From NCBI RefSeq assembly GCF_009914755.1, contig NC_060928.1: a stretch of DNA of 64,000 bases, one strand, 5' to 3'. This DNA comes from the human T2T-CHM13v2.0 reference genome, Homo sapiens. The notes beneath the pieces were generated by a model. That model saw only the letters and a list, made by a program, of their open reading frames with translations, ran no database searches and had not been told where the DNA came from. Below, in pieces: positions 13,607 to 25,800 of the stretch; positions within the stretch are counted from its first letter, which is position 1; each line of letters begins with the position of its first letter. Made by a program: the position numbers and the translations under genes.

Positions 13607-13997
13607 CTAGTACAGTTTCAAAGATGCCAGGCATCTGTGTTAGGCACAGGGTCACATGGGAGGAACTTCCACATACTTACACTTAGGAGTTGGTAAAACT
13701 TTCCTATAACAATACAAATAGCCTTGGTTGTCTTTCATATGACAATTATTTTGTAACATAAATTCTAAAATCAATATTTTCTCAATTTTATTTTATAAAT
13801 AAAATCAATGATATGGATCAGTTGCACAATAATATGAATAGACTTAACACTACTGGACTGTACACTTAAAAATAGTTAAGATCATCAATTTTATGTTATG
13901 TATTTTTAGCACAATTAAATTTTAAAAAAATTTTTAATAAGCAACAATAATTTAGAAAAGTTTCTTTCAGCTTCACTATTCATTATTGGTAATGTAC

Positions 13998-14076
13998 CTT
14001 TTTAGGATTGTTGCGAAATTGGGCCAAACTGCTATATAAGTGAAGCTCTTTTGAGTTTGGCTGTGCAATAAAACAC

Positions 14077-14111
<35 letters not shown>

Positions 14112-14340
14112 CTTAAACACTCCAGATTGTTGACTCTTTTTAACTAGTTTGATGTTGATGGTCTCACTGTAGCTGTGCATAAGTTTGATTTTATTTCCAT
14201 CTATGTCAATATTTATGTCAAAATGCCAAGAAATCTAAATCTTTTTCAATGTTTTCATGTGCTTCATTCCTCTTCATTAACTGGATTATCAAAAATCTAA
14301 AACCCTATTTATTATCTCTACCCAAAATGTATCTCTTCCC
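13998..14340 (-). pseudogene. GREB1-like exon remnant containing an (ATT)n tract
   Basis: LMKRNEAHENIEKDL ~ LLRCDETFEKMVNTL; KLMHSYSETI ~ LLIQQYSEAL; donor aaag|gtacat. Confidence 0.6.
14078..14111. repeat. (AAT)n microsatellite
   Basis: About 11 perfect units. Confidence 0.95.
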
Positions 14341-14384
14341 ATAAATCAATTACTGCTTTGGATATGATTAAATATCATACTTTA

Positions 14385-14690
14385 TTATTTTTTGTTGTTG
14401 TTGTTGAGATAGAGTCTCACTCTGTAGCCCATGCTGGAATGCAGTGGCTTGATCTTGGCTCACTGCAGCCTCCGTCTCCCAGGCTCACAGGCTCAAGTGA
14501 TTCTCATGTCTCAGCCTCCCGGGCATGCACCACCATGCCTGGCTAATTTTTTTTTTTTTTTTGTATTTTAGTAGAGACAGGGTTTTACCATGTTGCCAGG
14601 GTGGTCTCAAACTGCTGAGCTCAGGCAATCTGCCCACCTTGGCCTCCCAAAATGCTGGGATTACAGACCTGAGCCACAACACCCATCCAA
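14385..14690 (-). mobile_element. Alu
   Basis: Antisense Alu dimer. Confidence 0.9.
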
Positions 14691-15402
14691 TTTTTTTTTA
14701 ATATTCCACCTTTTTCTGAATATACTCTTAGTTCCCTAAAATTTAAATCTAATGATGATGAAAGAAGAGTTTATTGAATCATTACAGAACATTTTTCCAA
14801 AATGCATTTCAAATGGAGTATTTGATCTTTATAAATAATTTTGAACAAAGTTTTTTTTTTTAATCTACGTAGTGTTTTGTTTTCTCTTTCAAGTGTCCTT
14901 ATGTCATTAAAAACAAGTTGCAAGGCATGAACCACTTTAAAGTTCAAATCATCCCATTACCCACGGCCTCCAAAGACAATCTAAGTTTTCCCTATCCAAG
15001 CAAAGAATGAGAAATGCAAAAAAGGACAAAACTGTCCACTGAAGTAGTCCACAGCCTCTAAAACTGTGGAGGTGGCAGTGCAGGGGGAAGAGAGGGAAGC
15101 CACCAGATGATGGGGAGTGAATGGCTCTGGCCTCAGATGCCAGCACCTCCCACTGAGCAGAGTTAGCACCAAGATTTGGGAGACAGGAACAGGGTCTTTC
15201 TCCCTGATCTTTGCTGCATATAGCACCCTGGGAAAATGACTTTCAAGCAGATACGGCCTTTCAAAGGGAGGTTCCTGAGAAAGGAAGAGACAATTAGCTA
15301 TAGTTTTTTTAGTACTAAAAGAATTCACCTTAAAAGCTCCCAGTTTCCTGCCTTTTGAGGGTAAGAGTCATCCTGGGATCAGAGCAGTCTCCAAGGCCTC
15401 AC

Positions 15403-15520
15403 CAGACCCTTCTCAGCAGATTTCCTTGCTCACTATAATTGAACAATTTATGGAAGTATCTACAAACCAAGTAACTATATCCTGCTAAACCCAAACAAAT
15501 TGTATCCCAACTCAACTCCC
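15403..15520 (-). pseudogene. GREB1-like exon remnant
   Basis: QDIVTWFVDT then LP*IVQL**ARKS ~ PNIVTLHVTSFPYALQTQ / FPYTLQTQQSRIS; donor ctg|gtgagg. Confidence 0.6.
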
Positions 15521-15826
15521 CCTTAGCTGAATGCAAAAATGCCCGTAGCCATTTAAACACCACCCAAGAGGAAGAGAATTTTCAGAGGAGTCAGAGTGAG
15601 ATGTCAAAAGTTCTTAACCAAATGCAGGCTAATTGGCTTACTTTTGCAAAATAGTTTTAAATGTATGACCATATGAACCCATTCCTAGGGCCCCTTCTGG
15701 AGCCCTGAATGGGACCAAGACAAGTGAGTGACCCTGAAACTCAACCTTTGTATTCACAGTAGGACCTCCTGCTTCAGACTCTAAGCTTCCGGAGAACAGG
15801 AACTGCATCTTTTCTATTTCACATAC

Positions 15827-16030
15827 CCAACTCCTCACACAATGCATGATGCAAGTGGGAATCTACATAAAATATCTGATGGATAAATGGAGTAGCACTG
15901 ATGCATATGAGACCCAGTGTTAACCAGAGGAAGCAATCAACTCCAAGATCAACTGCCAAGATAAAAACCAGGACCAAGGAAAGCTTCTGAGATAAAATGA
16001 TTTTTAAGATTAACGTAGTGGATATTTCCA
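15827..16030 (-). pseudogene. GREB1-like exon remnant
   Basis: Stop-free frame ending TPFIHQIFYVDSHLHHALCEELG|gtatgt ~ PHTLFVLIHDHAHW. Confidence 0.45.
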
Positions 16031-16849
16031 ATTGTTTTTTTTATACCCTTCATCTGACCTCTCCTTCCTAAATGTGAGAGTTAGCCATCAGTTGAGTATT
16101 GTGAGAGGTTGTACCCTGCCACTAATTACAGAAACAAAAAAGGCCAGCTACCTGCTTTCCCGGACTCTAGGAGGTGAAGTTAAAAGAACATGAACTAACC
16201 TCTGTCAATAAGATACAACCACCAGGGAATTGCATCTGGAGTTAATGATCGAATCCATTCTAGGAATGGCAAGAGCATCTAGCGTCCAATGGCAGAGGGC
16301 CAGCCATGGTGTGCTGTCTTGGAGGCATGACGTGGTGGTGGTACCAGGGCCAGAATTTATTCTCTAGAAGCATCTCTCAAGATGAATGGCTGTACAGAAA
16401 CATGTTTAACCTCTCTTCATTGTCTCCATGACAACATACTCGACTGTTTCTTCCTTGTCTCCTTTGAGCGCATACCAGTGTGTTGTCCTCCTCTCTCTCT
16501 GACCATTTATCTGTCACTCCTGAAGGCTCTTTCTGATCTCCCTGGCCCTTAAGTGTTAGATCTTCAAGGTTCATCATTAGGCTCTCTTCTTTCCTCATTC
16601 TATAATCATCCACTGTCAATCTCTTCCACCCCTCTCTGCTTTAGTTCCAGCCATCATCATCTCTAGGCAAGACTATCCCAGGAATATCCTTCCTGTCACC
16701 CCACATTACCAACTTCCACCCAACCTCTAAAATCCAGTGGCTACATTGAAACCAGAATAACCTTGCCTAATGGCAATCAGATCATCCTCTGTGTAAACCC
16801 CTCATTGGATTCCCAGTACCTTGGGATAAATACCAAAATTCTTACCACT

Positions 16850-17405
16850 TGTGATGGTTAATATTGAGTGTCAAGTAGATTGGATTGAAGGATGCAAAGT
16901 ATTGTTCCTGGTTGTGTCTGTGAGGATGTTACCAAAGGAGATTAACATTTGAGTCAGTGGAAGACAAAGAGGCAGACTCACCCTCAATCTGGGTGGGCAC
17001 CATCTAATCAGCTGCCAGCGCAGCTAGGATAAAAGCAGGCAGATGAACGTGGAAGGACCATGACTGGCTGAGTCTTCCAGCCTGCATCTTTCTCTCATGC
17101 TGGATGCTTCCTGCCCTTGAACATCAGACTCCAAATTCTTCAGCTTTTTGGACTCTTGGACCTAGAACAGTAGTTTGCCAAGGGCTCTTGGGCCTTCAGC
17201 CACAGACTGAAGACTGCACTGTTGACTTCCCTACTTTTGAGGTTCTGGGACTTGGACTGGCTTTCTTGCTTCTCAGGTTGCAGACGACCTATTGTGGGAC
17301 TTCACCTTGTGATTGTGTGAGTCAACAATAACTCCTTAATAAACTCCCTTTCATACATACATCTATTCTATTACTCTGTACCTCTAGAAAACCCTGACTA
17401 ATAGA
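16850..17405 (+). mobile_element. MLT2A (ERVL) solo LTR inserted in an L2
   Basis: tgtgatggttaatattgagtgtcaa ... aaccctgactaata; L2-like flanks at ~16430-16850 and ~17410-17580. Confidence 0.85.
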
Positions 17406-17869
17406 CCATGGTGTATAAAATTCTACATAGTCTTGCTTCTGCCTAATTCTCCAAACTCATAATATGATGTTTGTATATTTGATGAACCAACCTAGCTCCT
17501 CTACCCTGACCCTCCTTTCATCCAGCTATATCTTTTCATAATTCAAATCTCAGTTCAAGTATAACATCCTTCAGGAAGTTAATATTTCCCAACTGTCCCA
17601 CTCTCCCCATGCTCGAAACCTGGAAGCTGTCATTGACTCTTCATTTCCTCAATTCTTTATTTCATCATCTGGTCTCATCATTCTTCCTTGATAATTTTCA
17701 CCTGCATCTTCACTTTATATTCATACTGTCAACATGCTAGTGCAAACATCATGCTTTCAGAAATAAATTTTTATAATTGCTTTCTGCATGCTTGAGGCTG
17801 TCCATCTCACTGGGCATCCCACATACTCCTGCAAAATTTAGAATAGATCCAAAAAATAAAGTAAAATAT

Positions 17870-18036
17870 TCATAATATTATAAGCTTATAGTGATAAGTA
17901 TAAGGGAACTCATCAGAGTTCTTGAGTATACTAAAAGTCAGCTTCTCAACCCAATCATCTTAGTTCATCAGTCTGCAATCAATGTAGCTAAATAACTTCA
18001 TTGCCCAAATGTTTCCAATATAAATGACAACTTTTT
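17870..18036 (-). pseudogene. GREB1-like exon remnant
   Basis: Acceptor cttttctag|; VIYIGNIWAMKL..RLMN*DDWVEKLTFSIL ~ IAVTGKYQARILSESLLTPAEYQKEVNYELV. Confidence 0.5.
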
Positions 18037-18499
18037 CTAGAAAAGTGTAATTATTTTCTAATTAGCATAACCTGTGACTCTCATCTCTTCTCCTTTTTTC
18101 AAATTGCTCTCACTTTTTAGAATGTCCTCATCTTCTTTTGACTGTAAAAATGCAATCCATCTACATGTGGAGCCTCACTCAGCCCAATTTGTTCATAACT
18201 TTCAAACGAGAGAAAAATTGTAAATGAAAGTGATGCCATTTCTTACTATCTACCACCAAGGGGCAGGATGGCAGAGGTTAAGATCAAGAAATATTCAATG
18301 CATTGGAAAACATTATAAAATCTGCTCTATTTCTACTACTTTTCATAATACTCTCTCCTTTACTCCTAATTTTTAACACAAAACATTTTCTAAATGTAGC
18401 CCATAACTCTCAACTAATCCCCCCATCCTCTCTACTTAAAATATGTCTGCCTTTCCCCTGATAGAGATACGTAATAGGTCATTCTTTTTATTTTATGAT

Positions 18500-19852
18500 T
18501 CTGCTTAACTGGATCAATATACTCTTTGTCTACACCTCCAACACACAAGCCATAAATAAATGCACAGCAAAGTCATCCTTAGGAACAAAGACTTCAGTAA
18601 GATCACAAGTTTCAGAGTTTTATCCTCAGCATCTCTGTCCTATTCAAATAATCTTGTATGTCCACAGTTATCACTCTCTGGTTTAATTGATGCATCCGTG
18701 AAACTTACTGAGATAGAGTAAGATTTCTTCCATACTCAAATGGGATGAAAACAAATGCCTGTTCTTATGCTATCTAAAAGCAAAGATTCCAGCTTTTAAA
18801 GAAGTACTCATGAGACCAGGGTGTGGTACAGGAAAGCATTTAATTTGCTGAGGGAATGAGGAGATGAACAATATAGTAGTTATACCACTTACATAGTCTT
18901 TTTTTCCCTCCAGCATTTCATTATTAAATTTTCAAACCTACGGAGAAGTTGAAAGAATTGTATAGTATTCACCTACATACTTACTGCCTAGAATGTATTT
19001 TGGTTTTGTATTTTTAGAGTTGTTTTTATCATTTTCTATCCATTAATCTGGCTTAATTGGGGATGCATCTAAAAGTAGGTTGTATTAGAGATACCAATGC
19101 CCATCACCCTAAAACCCTTCAATACAACTTTTATTTTGGTTTTTGTGACATTAACAATTTATTATCTGTGAAATACACAAATCAGAAGTGTACCACTTGA
19201 GAAGTTGTGAGAATGCATGCAACCCAGCAACTAAACCACTGTCCATCACCCCAGCAAGCTTCCTCTTGCTGCTTCTCAATTTCTACTCTCCATATACAGG
19301 GACAACTGCTGTTTTGACTGTCTCACATTGGCTTTGGCTAACTAACTTTACGTAAATGGAATTACACTGTATTCATTTTTGCATAAGGCTTCTTTCACTC
19401 AGCATAATGTTGCTTTATGCATCACAAGAGCATTCAGTTACATTGCTGAGTAGTACTCCGCTGTATCATTGTATTTGTATAACACTTTTGTTTATCCAGT
19501 CTCCTTTCCAGGGCTAGTTTAGGGCTATTAGGGATAGCCCAAAACTATTCTTTTCACACTCTAATATAAGTCTTTTTGTGGATATTTGCTTTGGTTTTTT
19601 TCTGGGTAAATTTCCAGGAATAAAATTGCTGGGTCATAAGTAAATACAAGTTTAATTAAAAAAACAAAAAGAGTTGCCAGAAATTTTTCCAAAGTGAGAG
19701 TAACATTTTCCACTGGCACCAGCAATACATGAGTAGATCCAAATCCTTGGTAACGTGGCATTGTCATAGTCTTTTAAGATTTTAACTAAATCAAAAATAG
19801 CTTCCTTTAAATATGGCAAATCATACCACGTTTTCCTAGATATCTTCATGAG
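18500..19852 (-). pseudogene. GREB1-like exon split by an L1M insertion (coding parts 19852-19765 and 18892-~18500)
   Basis: YDLPYLKEAIFDLV ~ GNFPYLCGNLNDVV; HLSMEEILLYL ~ PISEEMQLLLT; NQRVITVDIQDYLNR ~ DQVPLMEDLEQIFLR; frame is continuous once the L1 is removed. Confidence 0.7.
18903..19764 (-). mobile_element. Old L1M (L1MC/MD/ME-type) 3' fragment
   Basis: Antisense L1M 3' UTR motifs (cttctttcactcagcataatg, aattgctgggtcata); 11-bp TSD catagtctttt at 18892-18902 and 19765-19775. Confidence 0.8.
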
Positions 19853-21152
19853 CTAAATAATTAGGTTGAAGTGGTCTGGTATTAAAGATAAAACCGCAGT
19901 AACTACATGCAGTAATTTTATGAAGTATCAAAATGATTGTTACTAGTTCATTTAAGTATGGACTGCTAAAAATTTCTGAGAGTTTAATTCCTGTTCCTCT
20001 CTCAACAGCAGCTCTTGAAAGACTGGTATTTTATTCTTTCTTATATCTCTACTATGTTTGTTGAATTGATTTCAGCAGTTACATAAAAATTATATCCAGA
20101 TTAATTATAGATGCAAAGTTCCAAGAGAACAAAAACCATGCCTGTTTATCCACCATTGTATTCCCAGTGTCTAGCACAGTGTCAGGTTTAGTGGTGAGGA
20201 CTCCAGCTGTGAGAGTCCAGCAAGCTCTCAATATGTACTTTTTATGAATAAATGATTTATTTGGCAGATAATCTAACATTTCTCCTCTAGTTCTTTATCT
20301 AGAATAATGGTGACTGTTTCTCAGGGTTCTTTTGAAGTTTGAGATAATATATGTAAAAGTATCTCACACAATATGAGATACATAGTACACACTCACCAAG
20401 TATCTTTATGAACTACTACTTTTTATAACTGTAAGTATTATGAAATGTAGCTTGCTTTTCCCTTTTCTTTTCTGTAACTTATGAAATATCCAGTCTCACA
20501 GCTGGAGTCCTCACCACTAAACCTGATGTCGCTCATAAGTTCTGGTTCTATAGTCCCAAAGGACTGCTGCACATCTATATTTACATAAAACTCCCCATGT
20601 TTCCAAATTCGACATGTCTAAAACCAAATGCTCCCACTTCATTCCTAACGGAACCTATAATGGAACCACCGCATATCCAAGCAGTTACCAAACTTTTCTG
20701 ACTTCTTTTTCTTCCTATGGACCTTTGTAAAATTCAGTGAACTCTCCCTACATGACACATTTATATTTTACTTCCCATTCCTCCTTTATTTTCAGTGCCA
20801 GTACCCTAATCCAGGTCACTACTTACCTATGAATTGTACTTCTTGAAATGGCATCCCAACGAAGTTCCTTGTCTCCAGTCTCTCCCTGCTTTTAATCCAT
20901 ACACTTTGCCATGGTTAATCTCCCTAAAGTACTGCTATACTCATTTTACTCAGCCCTTTTGAGGAAGCTGAGGATCAGTCGTATATGTGGTAAGTAAGAG
21001 AGACCATCATTCATGTTTGTTTCTCATGGTACCATGCCATGTATATAATAGGTTTCTAGTTAACAAAAGATAGTCAGTGAATGATTCAAATTGTTCAGAA
21101 GCAAACAACAACAACAACAAAAAAAAAAACAAAAAAAAAGAAAGAAAAATAC

Positions 21153-21407
21153 TGAAATCTGACCAAAACGAAATTAAGTAGCTATCCCAATAAGTCACTT
21201 ATAGTTAATGTTTTAAGTTACATTTCTTCATGATGTGGAAAAAGAAGGCAATTACAACATATACTTAAAAGTAATTATAAATTTGGGAGTGGTCATGAGA
21301 AACAAGGAAGGAAATAAGAAAATAATGTTCTGCTTCAGACAAAGCAAACGATATATCTTAGGTAAAATAATCCAAAACACCTAGAAGGCAGTAATGACAA
21401 AAAAGAC
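21153..21407 (-). pseudogene. GREB1-like remnant, N-terminal domain exon (CxxC..YFT..TTPK..KY)
   Basis: Strong acceptor tttctccag|; GLFCHYCLLGVLDYFT*, LMTTPKFIITFKYML and LISFWSDF versus GFSGNCVGCGKKGFCYFTE, LTTQPKKQKHLKYYL, LICWKGSEF. Confidence 0.75.
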
Positions 21408-21541
21408 CTGGAGAAAAGAAAGGATAACAGATGATATATGGGCTTGCACTACAATACAGAAACAGAAGGATGAAAGAAGAAAAAAACTAATGTAATTTTG
21501 CTGTAAGCTCAGAGGATTCCTGAGACTGAGCAGAATTTCAC

Positions 21542-21780
21542 CTACAAAGCTCTGGTCAGTGCTGGATATCATGGTGTGTAATAATTGGAAAACACTGGAG
21601 GCATTTCCAAGGAAAGCAATAAAAGTAAGCCCAAGAATAGTTGGATATGGGCTGAATCTACACATTGCTTCTGTGCGCAAGTGGACTGTAAAATTCAGTC
21701 TCAACCATTTATTTCCATTAACACAGCAGCAAAGAACAGATCAACTTGAAGAATCAAACAGTTTTGCAAACATCTACATT
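21542..21780 (-). pseudogene. GREB1-like remnant, N-terminal domain exon
   Basis: CCCVNG...PTILGLTFIAF...QSFVG|gtgaaa versus GCCTTDG...VPAGFLLVGV...NALLG|; 5' boundary uncertain. Confidence 0.5.
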
Positions 21781-22000
21781 TGTGCGTGCAAACTTATTAC
21801 CTCTCCAAAAAGTCACTATGTAGTCTTTTTTCAGAATTTAAAACCTAGAGGAGATGGGCCACTTTCCAGGTTTCTCTAGATATAAGACAGGTAAACTCAG
21901 ATAGATTTTTGTTTCTAATGAACGTTTTTCCTGCTACAAGAAGTGGGCCAACCAGACAAAATTAACATTAACAAGGAGGGAATGAGTGCATTGCTAAAAA

Positions 22001-22260
22001 AGAGGCACAGTACCTAATGGTTTAAAAGAAGCAGTTTTCTAGTTACATGCTTGGGTTCAATCCTAGCTCCACTAGATATTAAGCTATATTAACCCTGGGC
22101 AAATTACTCAACCTCACTGGACCTCAGTTCACTCAAATGAGAATGATGTGAGCACTTACCATCAAGGGAGGTAATAAGGATTAAATAAACTAATACAGCT
22201 GCTGCATTTAGAACAGTATCCAACATACAATTAGCGTTTACCAAGTGTTAGTTACTACAT
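22001..22260 (+). mobile_element. MIR
   Basis: gggttcaatcctagctccact..ctgggcaaattactcaacctc..cctcagtt. Confidence 0.75.
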
Positions 22261-22608
22261 ATTTTCAAACAGTAAGCTTAAAATCAAATGACAAAGAGCA
22301 GTGACAACTGGGGGAACCATTCAAAATTTATAGTCAGAAATTCTGGGTTCAAGTCAGAGCTGTAAGATTTACTTCTGTAAATCTTAGTGATGCCTTACTC
22401 TTGTTCTTTGTGCCTCAGTTTCCTTGGATGTGACAATATTTCTTTTCTTATATCAAATGATTGTTATGATGATCAAATTATATAAAATAAGGATTTATAT
22501 AAAAGACTATACAGGTTATTATATTATGATGATGATCATCACCTCACAGTACACGGTGCTTAATAGCTTTTCAGTAAATGTTGAAGTTAGATGAATCTCA
22601 TGACAAAC

Positions 22609-22773
22609 CAATTGTTTTCAGGTAATTATTTGAGAAACTTTTTTGAGGTAATTATTAAAAAATAGAAAAGAGAAGACTTCAAATGGCTAACATAAAGCAA
22701 TGCTAACGGGGGTTTAGTTTATTGATTGACTTGTTTTAACTGCCCAGATTATCTCTAGTTTCAATTTTTGCAT
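22609..22773 (-). pseudogene. GREB1-like remnant, first coding exon
   Basis: ATG at 22773; reads SGQLKQ, LKSSL and LPQKSFSNNYLK across frameshifts, versus GREB1 AGQLKT, IEASL, VPRPIFSQLYLE; phase-1 donor G|gtttgt. Confidence 0.65.
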
Positions 22774-22851
22774 ATATCAAGTGCTTGTATATAAAATACA
22801 CAAAGTTAAGGTATTTTATCTATTTCTTATCTCATTAAGAAAAGCAAAACA

Positions 22852-25800
22852 GGAGAGGGGCCAAGATGGCTGAATAGAAACAGCCCTGATCTGCAGCTCC
22901 CAGGGAGACCAACGCAGAAGGTGGGTGTTTTCTGCATTTCCAACTGAGGTACCCAGTTCATCTCATTGGGACTGGTTAGGCAGTGGGTGCAACCCATGGA
23001 CAGCAAGCAGCAGCAGGGTGGGGCATCACTACATCTGGGAAGTGCATGGAGCCAGGAGACCTCCCTCCTCCACCCAAGGGAAGTGGTGAGGGACTATGCT
23101 ACCTGCCCGGGGCACTACGCTTTTTGCATGGATTTTTACAACCCGTGGCTCAGGAGATTCTCTTGTTGAGTGTAAGCCACAAGGGCCCTGAGTTTCAAGC
23201 ACAAAACTGGGCAGCTGTTTGGGCAGGCACTGAGCTGCAGAAGGTTTTCATACTCCAGTGGCACCTGGAACTCCAGTGAGACAGGAGACCTATCTACTCC
23301 CCTGGAAAGGGGGCTGAAGCCAGGGAGCCAAGCAGTCTCACTCAGCAGGTCCCACTTCCACGGAGCCCAGCAAGCTAAGAACCACTGGCTTGAAATTCTC
23401 ACTGTCAGCACAGCAGTCTGGAGTCAGCCTGGGACAATGAGTTTGGTGGGGGCAGGGGCAACCACCATTACTGTGACCTTAGTAGGTGGTTTTCTCCTGA
23501 CAATGCTAAGGAGACTGGGAAGTTTGGACTGGACAGAATTGCTCCTCTAGATTCCTCTTCGATGGGCAGGGAATCTCTGCAGGAAATCCAACAGCTCCAG
23601 TCAGGGGCTTACAGACAAAACTCTCATCTCCCTGGGATAGAGCACCTGTGGGGAAAGGTGGCTGCGGTCACATCTTCATGGATTTAATTGTTCCTGCCTG
23701 CTGGCTCTGAAGAGAGTGGCTTATTCTGACAAGGGGGTTTCTCCCAGCATAGCACACCAGCTCTGCTAAGGGACAGGCTGCCTCCTCACGTGGGTCCCTG
23801 ACCCCATGCCTCCTGACTGGGAGAGACCTCCCAACAGGGGCCAACGGACACCTTAGAGAGGAGAGCTGTGGCTGGCATCAGGCTGGTGCTTCTGTAGGAT
23901 GAAGCTTCCAAAGGAGCAGGCAGCAATCTTTGCTGTTCTATCTACAGTCTTCACTGGTGATACCCATGCAAACGGTGTTTGGACTGGATCTCCAGCAAAC
24001 TGCAACAGAACTGCAGAAGAGGGGCCTGACTGTTAGAAGAAAAACTAACAAACAGAAAGCAAATGTCATCCTATCCAAAGGTCATCAACCTCAAAATCAA
24101 AGGTAGATAAATCCATGAAGATGAGGAAAAACCAGCATAAAAACACTGAAAATTCCAAAATCCAGAATGCCTCTTCTCTTCCAAATGATCGCAATGCCTC
24201 TCCAGTGAGGGTGCAAAACTGGAAGGAGCATGAGATGGACAAATTGACAGAAGTGGGCTTCAGAAGATTGGTAAAGACAAATTCCACTGAGCTAAAGGAG
24301 CATGTTCTAAACCAATGCAAAGAAGCTAGGAACCTTGATAAAAGGTTACAGGAGCTGATAACAAGAATAACCAATTTAGAGAGGAACATAAATGACCGGA
24401 TGGAGCTGAAAAACACAGCACCAGAACTTCGTGAAGCATAAACAAATATCGATACCTGAATTGACCAAGGAGAAAAAAGGATATCAGAGTTTGAAGCCCA
24501 CCTTGCTGAAATAAGGCCTGCAGACAAGAGTAGAAAAAAAAGAATGAAAAGGAATAAACAAAGCCTCTAAGAAATGTAAAACTATGTAAAAAGACCGAAC
24601 CTATGACGGATTGAGTAGCTGAAAGTGACCAGGAGAATGAAACCAAGTTGGAAAACACACTTCAGTATATTATCCAGGAGAACTTCCCAACCTAGCAAGA
24701 GAGGCCAACATGCAAATTCAGGAAATATAGGGAACACCACTAAGATACCCCACAAGAAGATCAACCCCAAGACAGATAATCATCAGATTCTCCAAGGTCG
24801 AAATGAAGGAAAACAAGTTAAGGGCAGCCAGAAAGTTTGGATCACCTACAAAGGGAAGCCCATCAGACTAACAGCATATCTTTCAGCAGAAACCCTACAA
24901 GCCAGAAGACGGTGGGGGCAATATTCAACATTCTTAAAGAAAAGAACTTTCAACCCAGAATTTTATATCCAGCCAAACTAAGCTTCATAAGCGAAGGAGA
25001 AATAAAATTCTTTCTGGACAAGAAATGCCAAGGGATTTCATCACCACCAGGCCCACCCTGCAAGAGCTCCTGGAGGAAGCACTAAATACAGAAAAGAAAA
25101 ACCAGTACCAGCCACTGCAAAAACATACCAAAATATAAAGACCAATGACACTGTGAAGAAACTGCATCAACTGGTATGCAAAATAGCCACTAGCATCATG
25201 ATGACAGGATCAAATTCACACATAACAATAAAACCTCAAATGTAAATAGGCTAAATGCCCCAATTAAAAGACACAGACTGGCAAATTGTATAAAGAGTCA
25301 AGACACATCAATGTGCTGTATTCAGGAAACCCATCTCATGTGCAAAGACACACACATAGGCTCAAAATAAAGGAATGGAGGAAAATTTACCAAGCAAATG
25401 GAAAACAAACAAACAAAAAAAAGCAGGGGTCGCAATCCTAGTCTCTGATAAAACAGACTTTACGCCAACAAAGAGCAAAAAAGACGAAGAAGGGCATTAG
25501 ATAATGGTAAACAGATCAACACAACAAGAAGAGCTAAATATCTTAAATATACATGCACCCAATACAGGAGCATCCAGATTCATAAAACAAGTTCTTAGAG
25601 ACCTATAAGGAGACTTAGACTCCCACACAATAATAGTGGGAAACTTTAACACTCCACTGCCAATATTAGACAGATCAACAAAACAGAAAATTAACAAGAA
25701 TATTTAGGACTTGAAATCAACTCTGGATCAAGTGGACTTAATAGACATCTACAGAACTCTGCACCCCAAATCAACAGAATATACATTCTTCGCAGTGCCA

